Assembly (NCBI GenBank): GCA_964016885.1
Contig: OZ024749.1
Location: 47,120,001-47,184,000, forward strand
Source: Eledone cirrhosa
Lineage: Eukaryota
Length of the DNA stretch: 64,000 bases
Direction: 5' to 3'
In this document: piece by piece, positions 1-15,058 of the stretch
Numbering within the stretch: position 1 is the first letter of the stretch
Layout: every line of letters begins with the position of its first letter
Notes under the pieces: model-generated
Told to the model about the DNA's origin: nothing
The model's input: the letters and a program-made list of their open reading frames with translations, nothing else
Databases searched by the model: none
Made by a program: the position numbers and the translations under genes

Positions 1-149
1 TACTACTACTACTAATAATAATACTACTACTACTACTAATACTTCTACTACTACTACTAGTACTACTACTCAGCTAGTGCTGCTACTACTGCTGCTAATA
101 CAACAACCATTACTACTACTGCTACTACTACTACTACTACTACTACTAT

Positions 150-183
<34 letters not shown>
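1..183. repeat. Imperfect (TAC)n trinucleotide microsatellite
   Basis: Direct reading: tactactac... with TAA/TGC interruptions. Confidence 0.95.
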
Positions 184-184
<1 letters not shown>

Positions 185-585
185 TTTAACTATTGCTACT
201 AATATAAGCAATACTCTGACGTAAGGAATGATATTGATCTTTATTTTCGCGATAATAGTAATTGCCGTTGATTCTTTTATTTGTTTCGTTGGTATTTTCT
301 CTCACTTTACCCGAAGAGTTGCGGCTGTAGTACATGTTTTTTACCTTTCCGCTTAATCTGCGTGTATGTGTGTGTATATGTATGTGCGTAGGCATAGACG
401 CATACAATCATTCACAAAACAACACACATACATATACGCACACACAAACAAACAGCCACACACACACAGACACGCACACACACACATACATACACACACA
501 CATACACACACACATACACACACACAAATATATATATATATAAATGAAAGGTATAGAAATATTGTAGCAAAAAGCCAACAGTATT

Positions 586-688
<103 letters not shown>

Positions 689-983
689 AAACAAAATGAA
701 AACGAAATTTCATTTCTCACTCTTAGTATGGCACTTACTTAAATGTAAGTATGCATGTATACGTACATACATATATGTATACAGACGTACAGTAGCATGC
801 ACATATATATATATATATACATATATATATACATATGCATACAGGTACACATACATATATGCACGTATCAGTTTAGCGGCGCTAACGTCGCTTTGTTCGT
901 TTGTAAACAAACTGAACAGCCTGAATTTATGCCATACGGTGTTAAGGCAACCACGTCACCTTTTTGTTCAACACTGACACAGG

Positions 984-1028
984 AACGATGTACTAGTTTC
1001 AAGCTTGTTAGCTATCATCAGCACCGTT
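984..1028 (-). ncRNA. Minimal type I hammerhead ribozyme (unit 1)
   Basis: Minus strand AACGGUG-CUGAUGA-UAGCU-AACA-AGCUU-GAAA-CUAGUA-CAUCGUU. Stem I is 7 bp (one G-U), the core is canonical, stem II is AGCU/AGCU with a U.U at the core, stem III is the palindrome ACUAGU, and the site is GUA (cut 991/990). Confidence 0.85.
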
Positions 1029-1451
1029 TACCCATCTGCCAGATAGTTGAACGTTCGAAAGTATATACTTTCCTTATGAAAATTAACGGCTGAGCAGCCT
1101 AATTTGCATATTGAGTGAGTTAAATCGGTCAGGCATACCGAAAACGATAAATTGAAACAAAATGAAAACGAAATTTCATTTCTCACTCTTAGTATGGCAC
1201 TTACTTAAATGTAAGTATGCATGTATACGTACATACATATATGTATACAGACGTACAGTAGCATGCACATATATATATATATATATACATATATATATAC
1301 ATATGCATACAGGTACACATACATATATGCACGTATCAGTTTAGCGGCGCTAACGTCGCTTTGTTCGTTTGTAAACAAACTGAACAGCCTGAATTTATGC
1401 CATACGGTGTTAAGGCAACCACGTCACCTTTTTGTTCAACACTGACACAGG

Positions 1452-1496
1452 AACGATGTACTAGTTTCAAGCTTGTTAGCTATCATCAGCACCGTT
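1452..1496 (-). ncRNA. Minimal type I hammerhead ribozyme (unit 2)
   Basis: Identical to 984-1028. Confidence 0.85.
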
Positions 1497-1917
1497 TACC
1501 CATCTGCCAGATAGTTGAACGTTCGAAAGTATATACTTTCCTTATGAAAATTAACGGCTGAGCAGCCTAATTTGCATATTGAGTGAGTTAAATCGGTCAG
1601 GCATACCGAAAACGATAAATTGAAACAAAATGAAAACGAAATTTCATTTCTCACTCTTAGTATGGCACTTACTTAAATGTAAGTATGCATGTATACGTAC
1701 ATACATATATGTATACAGACGTACAGTAGCATGCACATATATATATATATATACATATATATATACATATGCATACAGGTACACATACATATATGCACGT
1801 ATCAGTTTAGCGGCGCTAACGTCGCTTTGTTCGTTTGTAAACAAACTGAACAGCCTGAATTCATGCCATACGGTGTTAAGGCAACCACGTCACCTTTTTG
1901 TTCAACACTGACACAGG

Positions 1918-1962
1918 AACGATGTACTAGTTTCAAGCTTGTTAGCTATCATCAGCACCGTT
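1918..1962 (-). ncRNA. Minimal type I hammerhead ribozyme (unit 3)
   Basis: Identical to 984-1028. Confidence 0.85.
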
Positions 1963-2688
1963 TACCCATCTGCCAGATAGTTGAACGTTCGAAAGTATAT
2001 ACTTTCCTTATGAAAATTAACGGCTGAGCAGCCTAATTTGCATATTGAGTGAGTTAAATCGGTCAGGCATACCGAAAACGATAAATTGAAACAAAATGAA
2101 AACGAAATTTCATTTCTCACTCTTAGTATGGCACTTACTTAAATGTAAGTATGCATGTATACGTACATACATATATGTATACAGACGTACAGTAGCATGC
2201 ACATATATATATATATATACATATATATATACATATGCATACAGGTACACATACATATATGCACGTATCAGTTTAGCGGCGCTAACGTCGCTTTGTTCGT
2301 TTGTAAACAAACTGAACAGCCTGAATTTATGCCATACGGTGTTAAGGCAACCGAACAAAGCGACGTTAGCGCCGCTAAACTGATACGTGCATATATGTAT
2401 GTGTACCTGTATGCATATGTATATATATATGTATATATATATATATATGTGCATGCTACTGTACGTCTGTATACATATATGTATGTACGTATACATGCAT
2501 ACTTACATTTAAGTAAGTGCCATACTAAGAGTGAGAAATGAAATTTCGTTTTCATTTTGTTTCAATTTATCGTTTTCGGTATACCTGACCGATTTAACTC
2601 ACTCAATATGCAAATTAGGCTGCTCAGCCGTTAATTTTCATAAGGAAAGTATATACTTTCGAACGTTCAACTATCTGGCAGATGGGTA

Positions 2689-2733
2689 AACGGTGCTGAT
2701 GATAGCTAACAAGCTTGAAACTAGTACATCGTT
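2689..2733 (+). ncRNA. Minimal type I hammerhead ribozyme (inverted arm)
   Basis: aacggtg ctgatga tagct aaca agctt gaaa ctagta catcgtt; predicted cut after 2726. Confidence 0.85.
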
Positions 2734-2973
2734 CCTGTGTCAGTGTTGAACAAAAAGGTGACGTGGTTGCCTTAACACCGTATGGCATAAATTCAGGCTG
2801 TTCAGTTTGTTTACAAACGAACAAAGCGACGTTAGCGCCGCTAAACTGATACGTGCATATATGTATGTGTACCTGTATGCATATGTATATATATATGTAT
2901 ATATATATATATATGTGCATGCTACTGTACGTCTGTATACATATATGTATGTACGTATACATGCATACTTACA

Positions 2974-3028
<55 letters not shown>

Positions 3029-3093
3029 CATAAATATATAAATATATAATTACATATATGTATATGTATATAAATATACATATATGCATATAT

Positions 3094-3150
<57 letters not shown>

Positions 3151-3787
3151 TATATATATATAAATATATATATATATATGTATATATATATTTTAAAAAA
3201 TACCCGGTTGAGTGACTTATTCGATATGTGTTATCTATGAAATGTTTTGCATGGTATACACATCCTGAATTCATTTGCCAAAATCTGAGGTTTTTCCCCT
3301 TGTGAATTACACATGTGCTTTTACAAAGTTCTACGTCATTCACAAAATTGGTGCAGATCAAAATACCTGTTGATGACGTGATATTCCTTGTTCGATCATT
3401 ATCCTAAAAGCGTATAGTTTTAAGCAGACAGTATTATTGATTTTGGTGTCATAGAAACCCTGCATTTGTATTATACCATCAATTCAGTTCTATTTTTATC
3501 ATTTATTTTGTTTGACCTGTTTAGCTTGATTTGTTTTTTGGCTTAGGTGGTTAATGCCTTCTTGACCACTTTTCCAGTCTGTATAGCGTTTTAACATACT
3601 GTTTAGATCTATTTTTTTAAATATTTGAGCGCTTGCAAGCATAACTACGATTTTGCGTTTCGTTTCACTTTTTCTACCCGCCGAAAGAGGATTGCCTCTG
3701 GATTTATATTTACACATGTTTATATATATATGTTTGTTTTTCTTATTTTTTGGAGGGGGGGGTAGAATTCAAATTTAATATTATTAC

Positions 3788-4330
<543 letters not shown>

Positions 4331-5060
4331 AGTAGAATAATCGAGAATCGGAAAAACAGCTCACGAATTAACGATAAACAATAATCCGAAATGTTTGGCA
4401 GAGGGCTCAATGATTTGGATAAATCAGAGCTATAACCATCGTTAAATTACTAACTCATAGTGATTATGCCTAAAATCACCCGTACACCCGAAAAAGAACG
4501 ACCAGGAAGATTCGGGACACTCAAATAAAATATCAATAAATCAATAAATTAAATGAATGTAAACAACTTACCCGGACCCGCTAGAAGGGTGTTAAATCTA
4601 GCTTCTTGGGTTTCTGCAATTCCTTAATCCATTCACTATCAGCCCACATACAAAATATATAAGACTTCTAGAGAAGAACTGGCTGCGGAAGAGCTTTCTC
4701 AACTGGTTCCGTCCAATAATACAGAAGGGACCCTTAGCCAGAAACGCACATGTACACAGCAAGGGAGATAACCTCTATATTAGCGAAAGATTTCGGTAAT
4801 GTGCAAATTATGTAAGAATACAAAATATCACATATCGAATGAGAGTGCTCAACAGACGTGTTAAAATAAACAGGAGCTATTCATCAGTCAATGAGATCGA
4901 CAAAAAATAATCAATAAAATTAACTGGTCGATAGCTAAGGTCTAGAGCTAAATATAGTGGAATAATCGAGAATCGGAAAAACAGCTCACGAATTAACGAT
5001 AAACAATATCCGATATGTGTGGCAGAAGGCTCAATAATTTGGATAAATCAGAGCTATAAA
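4331..5060 (-). mobile_element. ~625-bp unit with ~105-bp terminal direct repeat (partial tandem), pLTR/retrozyme-like
   Basis: 4331-4435 is nearly identical to 4956-5059 (gaataatcgagaatcggaaaaacagctcacg...aatcagagctataa). Flanked by (TA)n. Degenerate HHR-like motif at 4570-4707 (minus). Confidence 0.65.
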
Positions 5061-5083
5061 TCAGAGCAATATATATATATATA

Positions 5084-5355
5084 GTTATACTTTGGGAGGG
5101 TCATGTTGCCAATAAGAAACAGGCTCCAGTTGTTTTCACTTCAATTTATTATAAATTAAATTATAAATCTAAACAAATTTATAAACCAAACGGACAATTA
5201 TAATTTCTTTTGAATTTTTAATAAATTGAAGCGAAAGCTGCTGGTGCGTGTGTTTCTTATTGGCAACATGACCCTCTCAAAGTATAAACATATCGGTTTC
5301 AAAACACATTTACAAATAAAGAATATTGCTAAACAAATTCAGAAACGAAATATAT
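5084..5355. mobile_element. Fold-back repeat with ~70-bp inverted arms and a one-sided ~65-bp extension; same family as 54926-55412 and 53045-53115
   Basis: gttatactttgggagggtcatgttgccaataagaaac ... gtttcttattggcaacatgaccctctcaaagtataa. 5289-5355 resembles the reverse complement of 54926-54990. Confidence 0.75.
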
Positions 5356-5366
5356 ATGGACTCATA

Positions 5367-5496
5367 ATTAGCCGTCGAAACGGCTTGAGCTCAGCCGTCG
5401 GGGTCTTACTCGTTCCTATTACCCACTCTTCTACCCTAAGCATTGAGTACTTTGGTGCGTTATGGTCCACCTGGTTCCTTACCACATTTCCTTCGT

Positions 5497-5498
<2 letters not shown>
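5367..5498 (+). mobile_element. 5'-truncated copy of the 53.6-54.9 kb hammerhead element (3' half of HHR only)
   Basis: tagccgtcgaaacggcttgagctcagccgtcggggt...cttaccacatttccttcgtta then (TA)n; matches 54757-54888. Confidence 0.85.
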
Positions 5499-5527
<29 letters not shown>

Positions 5528-5540
5528 GTAATATATATAC

Positions 5541-5601
<61 letters not shown>

Positions 5602-5618
5602 TAAATATATATACATAT

Positions 5619-5658
<40 letters not shown>

Positions 5659-5669
5659 ACATATATATG

Positions 5670-5767
<98 letters not shown>

Positions 5768-6457
5768 ATATTTTGTTCACCTAATTGGGTCCGTCTTATA
5801 GTTTGTAGATATTATTTACGGTCCGTTCAATTCTTTTTGAATCGTAATACAACAGGGCCACTTGTATTATTTTTCTTGTTGATCGTCTCGTTTAAACGAT
5901 TATATATACGATTTTTTTCTGGTTACAGCATAATGGTAGTTCTCTATTGTTTTAGATTTGCTATCATTATTTTTCACAGTCTGGTCTGTTAGAAGTAGTA
6001 CTATATATTGTCTAGCTACGAAGTCTGTAATTTTCAGTATAACTAGAAGTAAATTCAGCTGTTTTCAAAGCAAGTCGGATGAAAATTCCAATATAAAAAA
6101 ATTAAATCAGTGAATAAATACAATAAATATCGAAAGACAAATATCACAAGATCACATAGACATACACAATTTGATATATACACAACAAACTCACGATGCA
6201 GGTGTGTCTTCCAATATGTGTGTATTTGTAATATTTAAATCTCGTCTGTGAACATAATGAACCGGCTGCACGTAACATATGGAATGTTATCTCATGTGTT
6301 TCGATTTATTCTTATTTCCTGGAGGTGTATTATCAATCTTAGTGCAGATGAGAATGTTCGTTGTTTATTGACTCAAAAAGAGATAATGATCTACCAAATA
6401 ACGTCCACCAGGTGATGAAGAATTAAAACTGGCACAATCCTTCACTGTTAGATATTG

Positions 6458-6576
<119 letters not shown>

Positions 6577-6585
6577 TTATATGTA

Positions 6586-6656
<71 letters not shown>

Positions 6657-6667
6657 GTATTTATATG

Positions 6668-6726
<59 letters not shown>

Positions 6727-6737
6727 GTATTTATATG

Positions 6738-7405
<668 letters not shown>

Positions 7406-7470
7406 AAATATGTATTTATTTTTGAATTGCCTTTTTCTTTATATAATCATGTATGTATATATATATATTA

Positions 7471-7536
<66 letters not shown>

Positions 7537-7618
7537 TTGTGTATAATAGTATCTCTGGTGCTTACATAGGCGGTATGCCAAAATCAGCACTCTATATTCA
7601 TACAGAGTAGAATGTGGA

Positions 7619-7933
7619 TAGTATATAAAAATGAAAATTCAGTGATGCATCTGGACTCAGTTTATTGCGTGTTACAATTGTTTCGCCAGCGGGTAGCTCG
7701 AGACATGATCACTGTATGGATCTGGCTCGTTCTACGGTTGCAGGTTCCTTCGGACACGGGTAGCTCGTTCGGAGCAAATTTTCTCCGGAAGAACTATCCG
7801 TGTCCGTATGAACCTGCAACTGTAGAATCGTCCATATCCATACTTTGATCATGTCTCGAGCTACCTGCCGGCGAAAAAATTTTAAAACGCAATAAACTGA
7901 GTCCAGATGCATCACTGATTTTTCGTTTTTTTA

Positions 7934-7938
<5 letters not shown>
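7619..7938. mobile_element. 320-bp imperfect palindrome; each arm carries a decayed hammerhead-like motif and AATAAA pointing outward
   Basis: Arms mirror about 7778/7779. The left arm on the minus strand reads CGUGU-CCGAAGGA-ACC...GGC-GAAA-CAAUUGUA-ACACG-CAAUAAA (7668-7758). Confidence 0.7.
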
Positions 7939-8015
<77 letters not shown>

Positions 8016-8156
8016 TACAATAACAGATTGAAGTTTAAGCAAAGAAAACATTCTAATATGTTATTTTAATAAATATTTGCTCTACGGTTCTTATATATTT
8101 GATATATATTTATCCTTATCGAGCCCTCTTTGGATTTTAGTCTTCAAATTTATTTT

Positions 8157-8250
8157 GACTTTGCCTTTCATCCTCACGGGGTGGATAAAATAAAGTACCA
8201 GTAATGCACTGGGTAATTGCTGGCCTTGTGCCTAAATTAGAAATAATTAT
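8157..8250 (+). mobile_element. tRNA-derived SINE, 3' half
   Basis: actttgcctttcatcc...gataaaataaagtaccagtaatgcactggg...ggccttgtgcctaaattagaaa; shared with the other SINE copies. Confidence 0.85.
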
Positions 8251-8270
8251 TACTATATATATATATATAT

Positions 8271-8334
<64 letters not shown>

Positions 8335-8367
8335 GTGTGTATGTGTGTCTGTGTGTCTGTGTATCTA

Positions 8368-8416
<49 letters not shown>

Positions 8417-8428
8417 TCTTATACATAC

Positions 8429-8487
<59 letters not shown>

Positions 8488-10508
8488 TGTATATTCTTAT
8501 TTTCTCCCTCTTCCACTCTGGATGGTTATATAGTTGAACTTTTTAGTGTTATGAATTTTCAGCAGAAGTATAATGTCCGGATGCATTCAAAATAAGTCCA
8601 CGTCATTTACATCTAATATTTATATTCATAGAGTTTTGATGGTAATGATGCCATAGAGGTTTATATCCAGCTGTCATGGATAGTATGATAATGGCATTGT
8701 ATGATCAATTCCACAGTAGTGATTTACTTGAGGTTGAAAGAAGTCACGCACATGCGCATCATATACTAGAGGCAATTCGCTTTTACTTTATAGCGAAAAG
8801 GTTATAAGATAAATAAAAAGAAAACACAATCGAAGTATAAATTGTCACCTAATATTGCTGAGAGCTTTTTCAATAATCGCAGCTGTCTGTCAAAATGATT
8901 TTCAAAGTTTTCTATAGAGCCAGTTATATCATACAAAATCATTAGCTATTGGAATCTATACAATACCCTTAGATGAAGATGATTTTATTCTTGATGTTTG
9001 TGTTCTGCAAAGATTTTAGACGTTTGATCCTATTGCCTCGTCACAAAGGATGTTTGGGATACTAAATTGAATTATGCAGAAGTAGACGTATAACTGTTAA
9101 ACATTTCATCAGATATTTTAACTGCCAATATAAAGCTTGGTCAGATCACATCACAGAATTCACAGTTATCATCATGTATAATATAATTAAAAAAATGTCA
9201 GTAGTTCCGGTTGTATAACCAAATGTTAATAAATTAGACAAAAATAATAACGGTAGATACATTTTAAATTTTGCTTATGCTTAACAACAATAATTATATG
9301 AGATAGTATGGCACCGTTAATCATTGTTTGAAGGTTACATAATCCTACAAATATGATTCAGGAAAATTCTAATTACTAATTATTCCATGCAATTTTTATT
9401 TACAAGTGAAAACTGTTTTCGAGTGAGTACATTTTTAAAGTATCAATATATTGTCTGTTTTAGAGAAGAAAACATGATATCGGATTCCTAATTTATATTT
9501 TGTTTTCATAGTTTAGAACTTGGGAAGATGTTACTGTCTCCTTCATGGATGTTTATGTACAAAACTGGTCTAACACATCAAATATTTAGAGAAATGATCT
9601 GTTATTGGATATCTATATCAAGATATGTGAATACTATACAGTATGTTGGTAAAACAATACGTTGTATTCTATTATTTTCCTTTGTTTTACAGGTTATACC
9701 ATCATTTGATAATGCCGCTCTCTCTCTGTAACTAGACATCGATAGAACTTACATTTGTCAATAGCAAGCAATAATTAACAAGTCGTTATCTTCATACGTA
9801 CGCACAACAATATTTGCTATTGTAACATGCAATCTACAGATTTGATAAAATAATGCTATAATATTATTTTCATCATTTCGCCGTTATATCATCGGGTTGT
9901 TATGTTACGTGTCTATACAATAATACCATCATATTTCGTTGACTATTTCCTTTGAAGACTTTGTTTTAACATGAAATTACAGGAAGCTTTCAATAGGTGA
10001 ATCCGACGGAATTTGATTCATGTTCGTTCGCTTTACTGTATATTGTGTAAATATACGAGTCGTACTTTGATTTCTCACTTTTGCCTTTCTTAGGTGCAGA
10101 TCATTTCTGCTTCAGCCGAGAACTCATCCCTTTTTAAAATGTATGAAATGTTGTTCCTCATTATTATATTACACCGATGACTATTACAATATTATGATAC
10201 TGGTATATTATTGATATAAATAATATGGAAATTTCATTTTAGTTAAATAATTACCACTTACTTACTCTTTCCTGTAACAATATTATAGATTAATATTTAT
10301 TATGCCTCTACCTTTTAGACTGATTATATTGGTCTCTGAAAATATAGTTGATATGAGAATTCCTATAATATTGGCAATGTGCATGTGGTCTAAATTCTAG
10401 GATTTTGAATTACGTTTCTCTCACTGAGCATTCAATGATCCACATGATCAAGACTCAGTTGTTACCCTTAAACTTCCAAATTTGGGAACTCTGCTTCGAG
10501 AAATTGTG

Positions 10509-10601
10509 ACATATCTGAAGAACTTGTGATGTCAGAGTCAGGTTCTATCTTCACATCGATCGTGCCTCGAGCTGCTCGCCCGAGAAACGATTGTAATATG
10601 T
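10509..10601 (+). ncRNA. Degenerate type I hammerhead with long stem II insert, in a repeat ending at (TA)n ~10720
   Basis: ACAUAU-CUGAAGA...GAAA-CGAUUGUA-AUAUGU. Stem I is a perfect 6 bp, stem III is near-palindromic and the base of stem II is poorly paired. 10562-10718 resembles the reverse complement of 23636-23803. Confidence 0.6.
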
Positions 10602-10718
10602 ATACTAATTTATAATTCGTGGTGCCAATTCGTTTCTTATGTGATATTATACTCTGCTCTGTAAGAGCATCGAGTGCTCACACGGCATACCGTATACCCG
10701 TTAAGCATCTCACACTAA

Positions 10719-10758
<40 letters not shown>

Positions 10759-12537
10759 CTCTCAGTTGTAAATCCATTCATCTGTATGTAATATAAATTA
10801 TCTGCTACATTCTATCTCGCAGAAGAGCTAGGATCTAGAATATGTTAGTATATCTTCTAGGCTATAATAATCCAAATATAAAGCAAATGAAGATAAACAT
10901 GGTGTGTGTTTCCGACCAGATTCAGCGTATACAGGGGAGTTTGCGTTAATATCTATTACTCTCAGCTGGAAGCAACCCTTCTTACGTAACTAGTTCAGAT
11001 ACCACGAATAATAATGACAAATATACAAATACATTCCTCGAAATATATCATTTTGATAATTTATAAGTCAGACGTGTGCATAGCAACAGGATATCGTTTT
11101 CTCTGACAGGATAAAACAAATGGAAGCCAGTATCGTAAAGATAGGGAACATTATGTATGACATATATGAATTTAAACATTGGCTGGTATCATTATAAAAC
11201 TATGCAGATAATAAGAGATACTAATATTTCGACAATGGAAACAACTCTTGCTTCATTTCTACTCTCTATATTTATGAACATCTGATCAAATATGCAGCCA
11301 CATTGTTCATGCAACCTAAGCACAGCGCTGCATGATATTGCTTGAGGAATCACCACTTTAAAGCATACCCGTTTAAATGTATTTATTATTTTTCATTTTG
11401 TTTGCTTTTACTCAATTTTTCAAATACGTGTAATATAGAAATTTCCATAGTTACATCATTTTTCCTTGGAATGTCACGCAGCTTCGACAAGTTTTTTTAA
11501 ATGCCATCTGATTTGAGATGATGCATTTTACCTATTCTCTCAACACTGTTCTCTTAGCAAAATTCAAAGAACATGAAGCCACTTGCATACATTTTGTATA
11601 GGAATATTAATACGACACAAATAATGATTTGAGACTTACACTTAAAACAAAAACGAATGACGGATCCAGATTTTCATCTAATATTCAGAATGTTATTGTA
11701 GATTTTATATGACACAGTAGAACAAACTAAACTCCTACACCCTATTTGTCTACTGTAATGAAATACGAAGATCACTTGTATCACACCTAATTACAAGACC
11801 ACAGTTATATCTAACGAGATGTTGAAATACTACAACAAATTAAGATATTTGCCTACGCCTTATGTGATAATTTAAAATGTCGACATGTCACCCTATTTTG
11901 CAAATGAACGTAGAAGGAATATGCTGTACTCATATATCAAATATATGCTCTTTGATTCTGTCGAACATTGATTGGTCTTCAATGTGTCTAAATATCTAAC
12001 ATTGAATAACATAAGTTGAAAAGTATACGAATTGAAAAATAGTTGTTAATGTATATGTGTGAGCTTCAACGTGTCATTCACAAATAAAACCCCACCATTT
12101 TAGCTGAACCGGCATGTTAGCTAACATAGACGTGCATACTCTGGAAAATATACATTGTGAACAATGTAATAAAAACGTTTCTATACGATCGTTGAAAGAG
12201 GTATAAACACGGGCATCAAATACATCACATGAAAACCACTATTCTTATATTTGAAGGTGCCAGAACAAGTGTTGTAGCTTGTATTTGAAGTTTGGAAACA
12301 GAAATTTAACTAAGATGTGGCATCCATAATATACGCAATTATATTTACAATGGTAATGGGTTGTATATTCTAAATAAATATGTTTCAAATGTGAATAAGA
12401 TGACTTTGTCTCTCTGAAAGACTCTGCTGTGGTAAAAGTAAATGTATTCCAATGTAAATTAACAAAGCATCCTACTTTCATTGTTCATACTACTTAACAC
12501 TATTTGTATATAACATATACCGCAACGTTTCAAATAA

Positions 12538-12714
12538 TAAATGTTTCTACTTTTGGCACAAGGCCAGCAATTACTCCAGTGTATTACTGGGACTTAATTT
12601 TATCGACCCGCAAGGATGAATGGCAAAGGGATTTGCGCTCAGGTCATAAAGGGTCGTATTCCTGTGCTGTAAAGCATGGCGTCCGACTCTCTACCGATAC
12701 TGCCAATCCACCGC
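12538..12714 (-). mobile_element. tRNA-derived SINE (internally deleted)
   Basis: Reverse complement reads gcggtggattggcagtatcggtagagagtcggacgccatgct...ggccttgtgccaaaagtagaaac. Confidence 0.85.
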
Positions 12715-13292
12715 TTCAAATAATAATGGTTGCTTCAAATAGTAATGCCAATGCAACTAATATTAAATAGCTGTTTCTAGATGTACATTAAATACAATTT
12801 CAGAACATATCTCGATTGATACAATACACTGAAACAGACCGAGTGAGTGACGCGGATTAAGAGAGACGTAATTAATGAGAACAACAGACAGATACAACAT
12901 AGATCCAAAGAAAAAGAAAGGCGATAAAAAAGCCGAATGAAATGTGAAAAGGCAGGAATTGTAGAGACACAGAGAAAGAGAAAGAGTGTGAGATAGGGAA
13001 TGAGAGAAAGCAATAGATAATAAAAATAAATAGAAAAAATATGTTTGCAAGTCAAAACAATGTGTTCAATAAACAACAGTGATTTGTTTCATTATGCACA
13101 CGCTGGAACTTCATAAGAAACGATGATACAGAATATTTACTACTCTCTTGATTTCCCAAAGGATTTCTGCGGCATATGTACAGTGAAGTCACTGCCAAAG
13201 CAAATCAATTTGGGTCAAAATCTACCTACTATAATAATGCTGCTGCTGCTTCTTTTTTCTTCCTATTCTTGTTCTTGCTGTAATTGTTGTGG

Positions 13293-14073
<781 letters not shown>

Positions 14074-14210
14074 ATAATTGTTTCACTATTACAACACTTA
14101 GGCGTATTTTTTTAGTTAGTAATTACTCATCACCGAGTGCTTCTTGGCAACCTTCAATGATCGAAACCAGACTGCTACTTGCAGCTGCAACTAAGATTAT
14201 ACCTACCCAT

Positions 14211-14249
<39 letters not shown>

Positions 14250-14794
14250 GGAAATGGAAGGAAAATCTCTGAAACAGATTGATGACAGCAATTACTTAAT
14301 TACGAATATGTAAAATGTTGATATGAAACATATCAATGATTACTTGATGGATCCCAGCAGTTTCCTTTCACCCCAAAACAATTTTGAAATGAACTTGGCA
14401 TGAATGAAGTCAATACAAGCAGAGCCGGTTATCAATATGATTATATCTGGAAATGAGTGCAGATAGCACGTTGCAACACACAGACCATTGATGGATAATC
14501 ACAAAGCTGAAGTCACCACCTTAGTGGTTGTTTATGTGAAATAAAACCTGAAATATCATCGCTACTTTTGCTGAATTTTTCCTAGATATTCGGTTTCGAT
14601 TGAATTATTAGAATGGCTTTTTTTACAAAAAATTTTACCGATATACTTGTGTCTTTTCATGTTTTCTTTTCCTTTTCTGAACCACATTGCATCATATATT
14701 TGTGTTCATGCTGCTTTGTGTCCAAACATCTTGGAACTTTGTGCCAAGTTAAATACTTCACTTTTTTGTCAATGTCATTTGTTGGTTGTTGTCG

Positions 14795-14869
<75 letters not shown>

Positions 14870-14885
14870 TTATTATTATTATTAT

Positions 14886-14956
<71 letters not shown>

Positions 14957-14990
14957 TTATTATTATTAGTAGTAGTAGTAGTAGTAGAAT

Positions 14991-15055
<65 letters not shown>

Positions 15056-15058
15056 ATA
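14795..15058. repeat. (TAG)n/(TAT)n microsatellite
   Basis: Direct reading. Confidence 0.95.

Noticed and set aside
696-2962. Repeated 93-128 aa ORFs in the tandem array
   Set aside because: They run through TA-rich tracts, frameshift in unit 2 and show no recognisable domain.
3200-3720. Possible RT remnant (VDDVIFL-like) or 72-aa ORF
   Set aside because: No further motifs in frame; cannot be supported.
4790-4890. Minus-strand CUGAUGA at 4881-4887 as a hammerhead
   Set aside because: No correctly placed GAAA with paired stems I-III.
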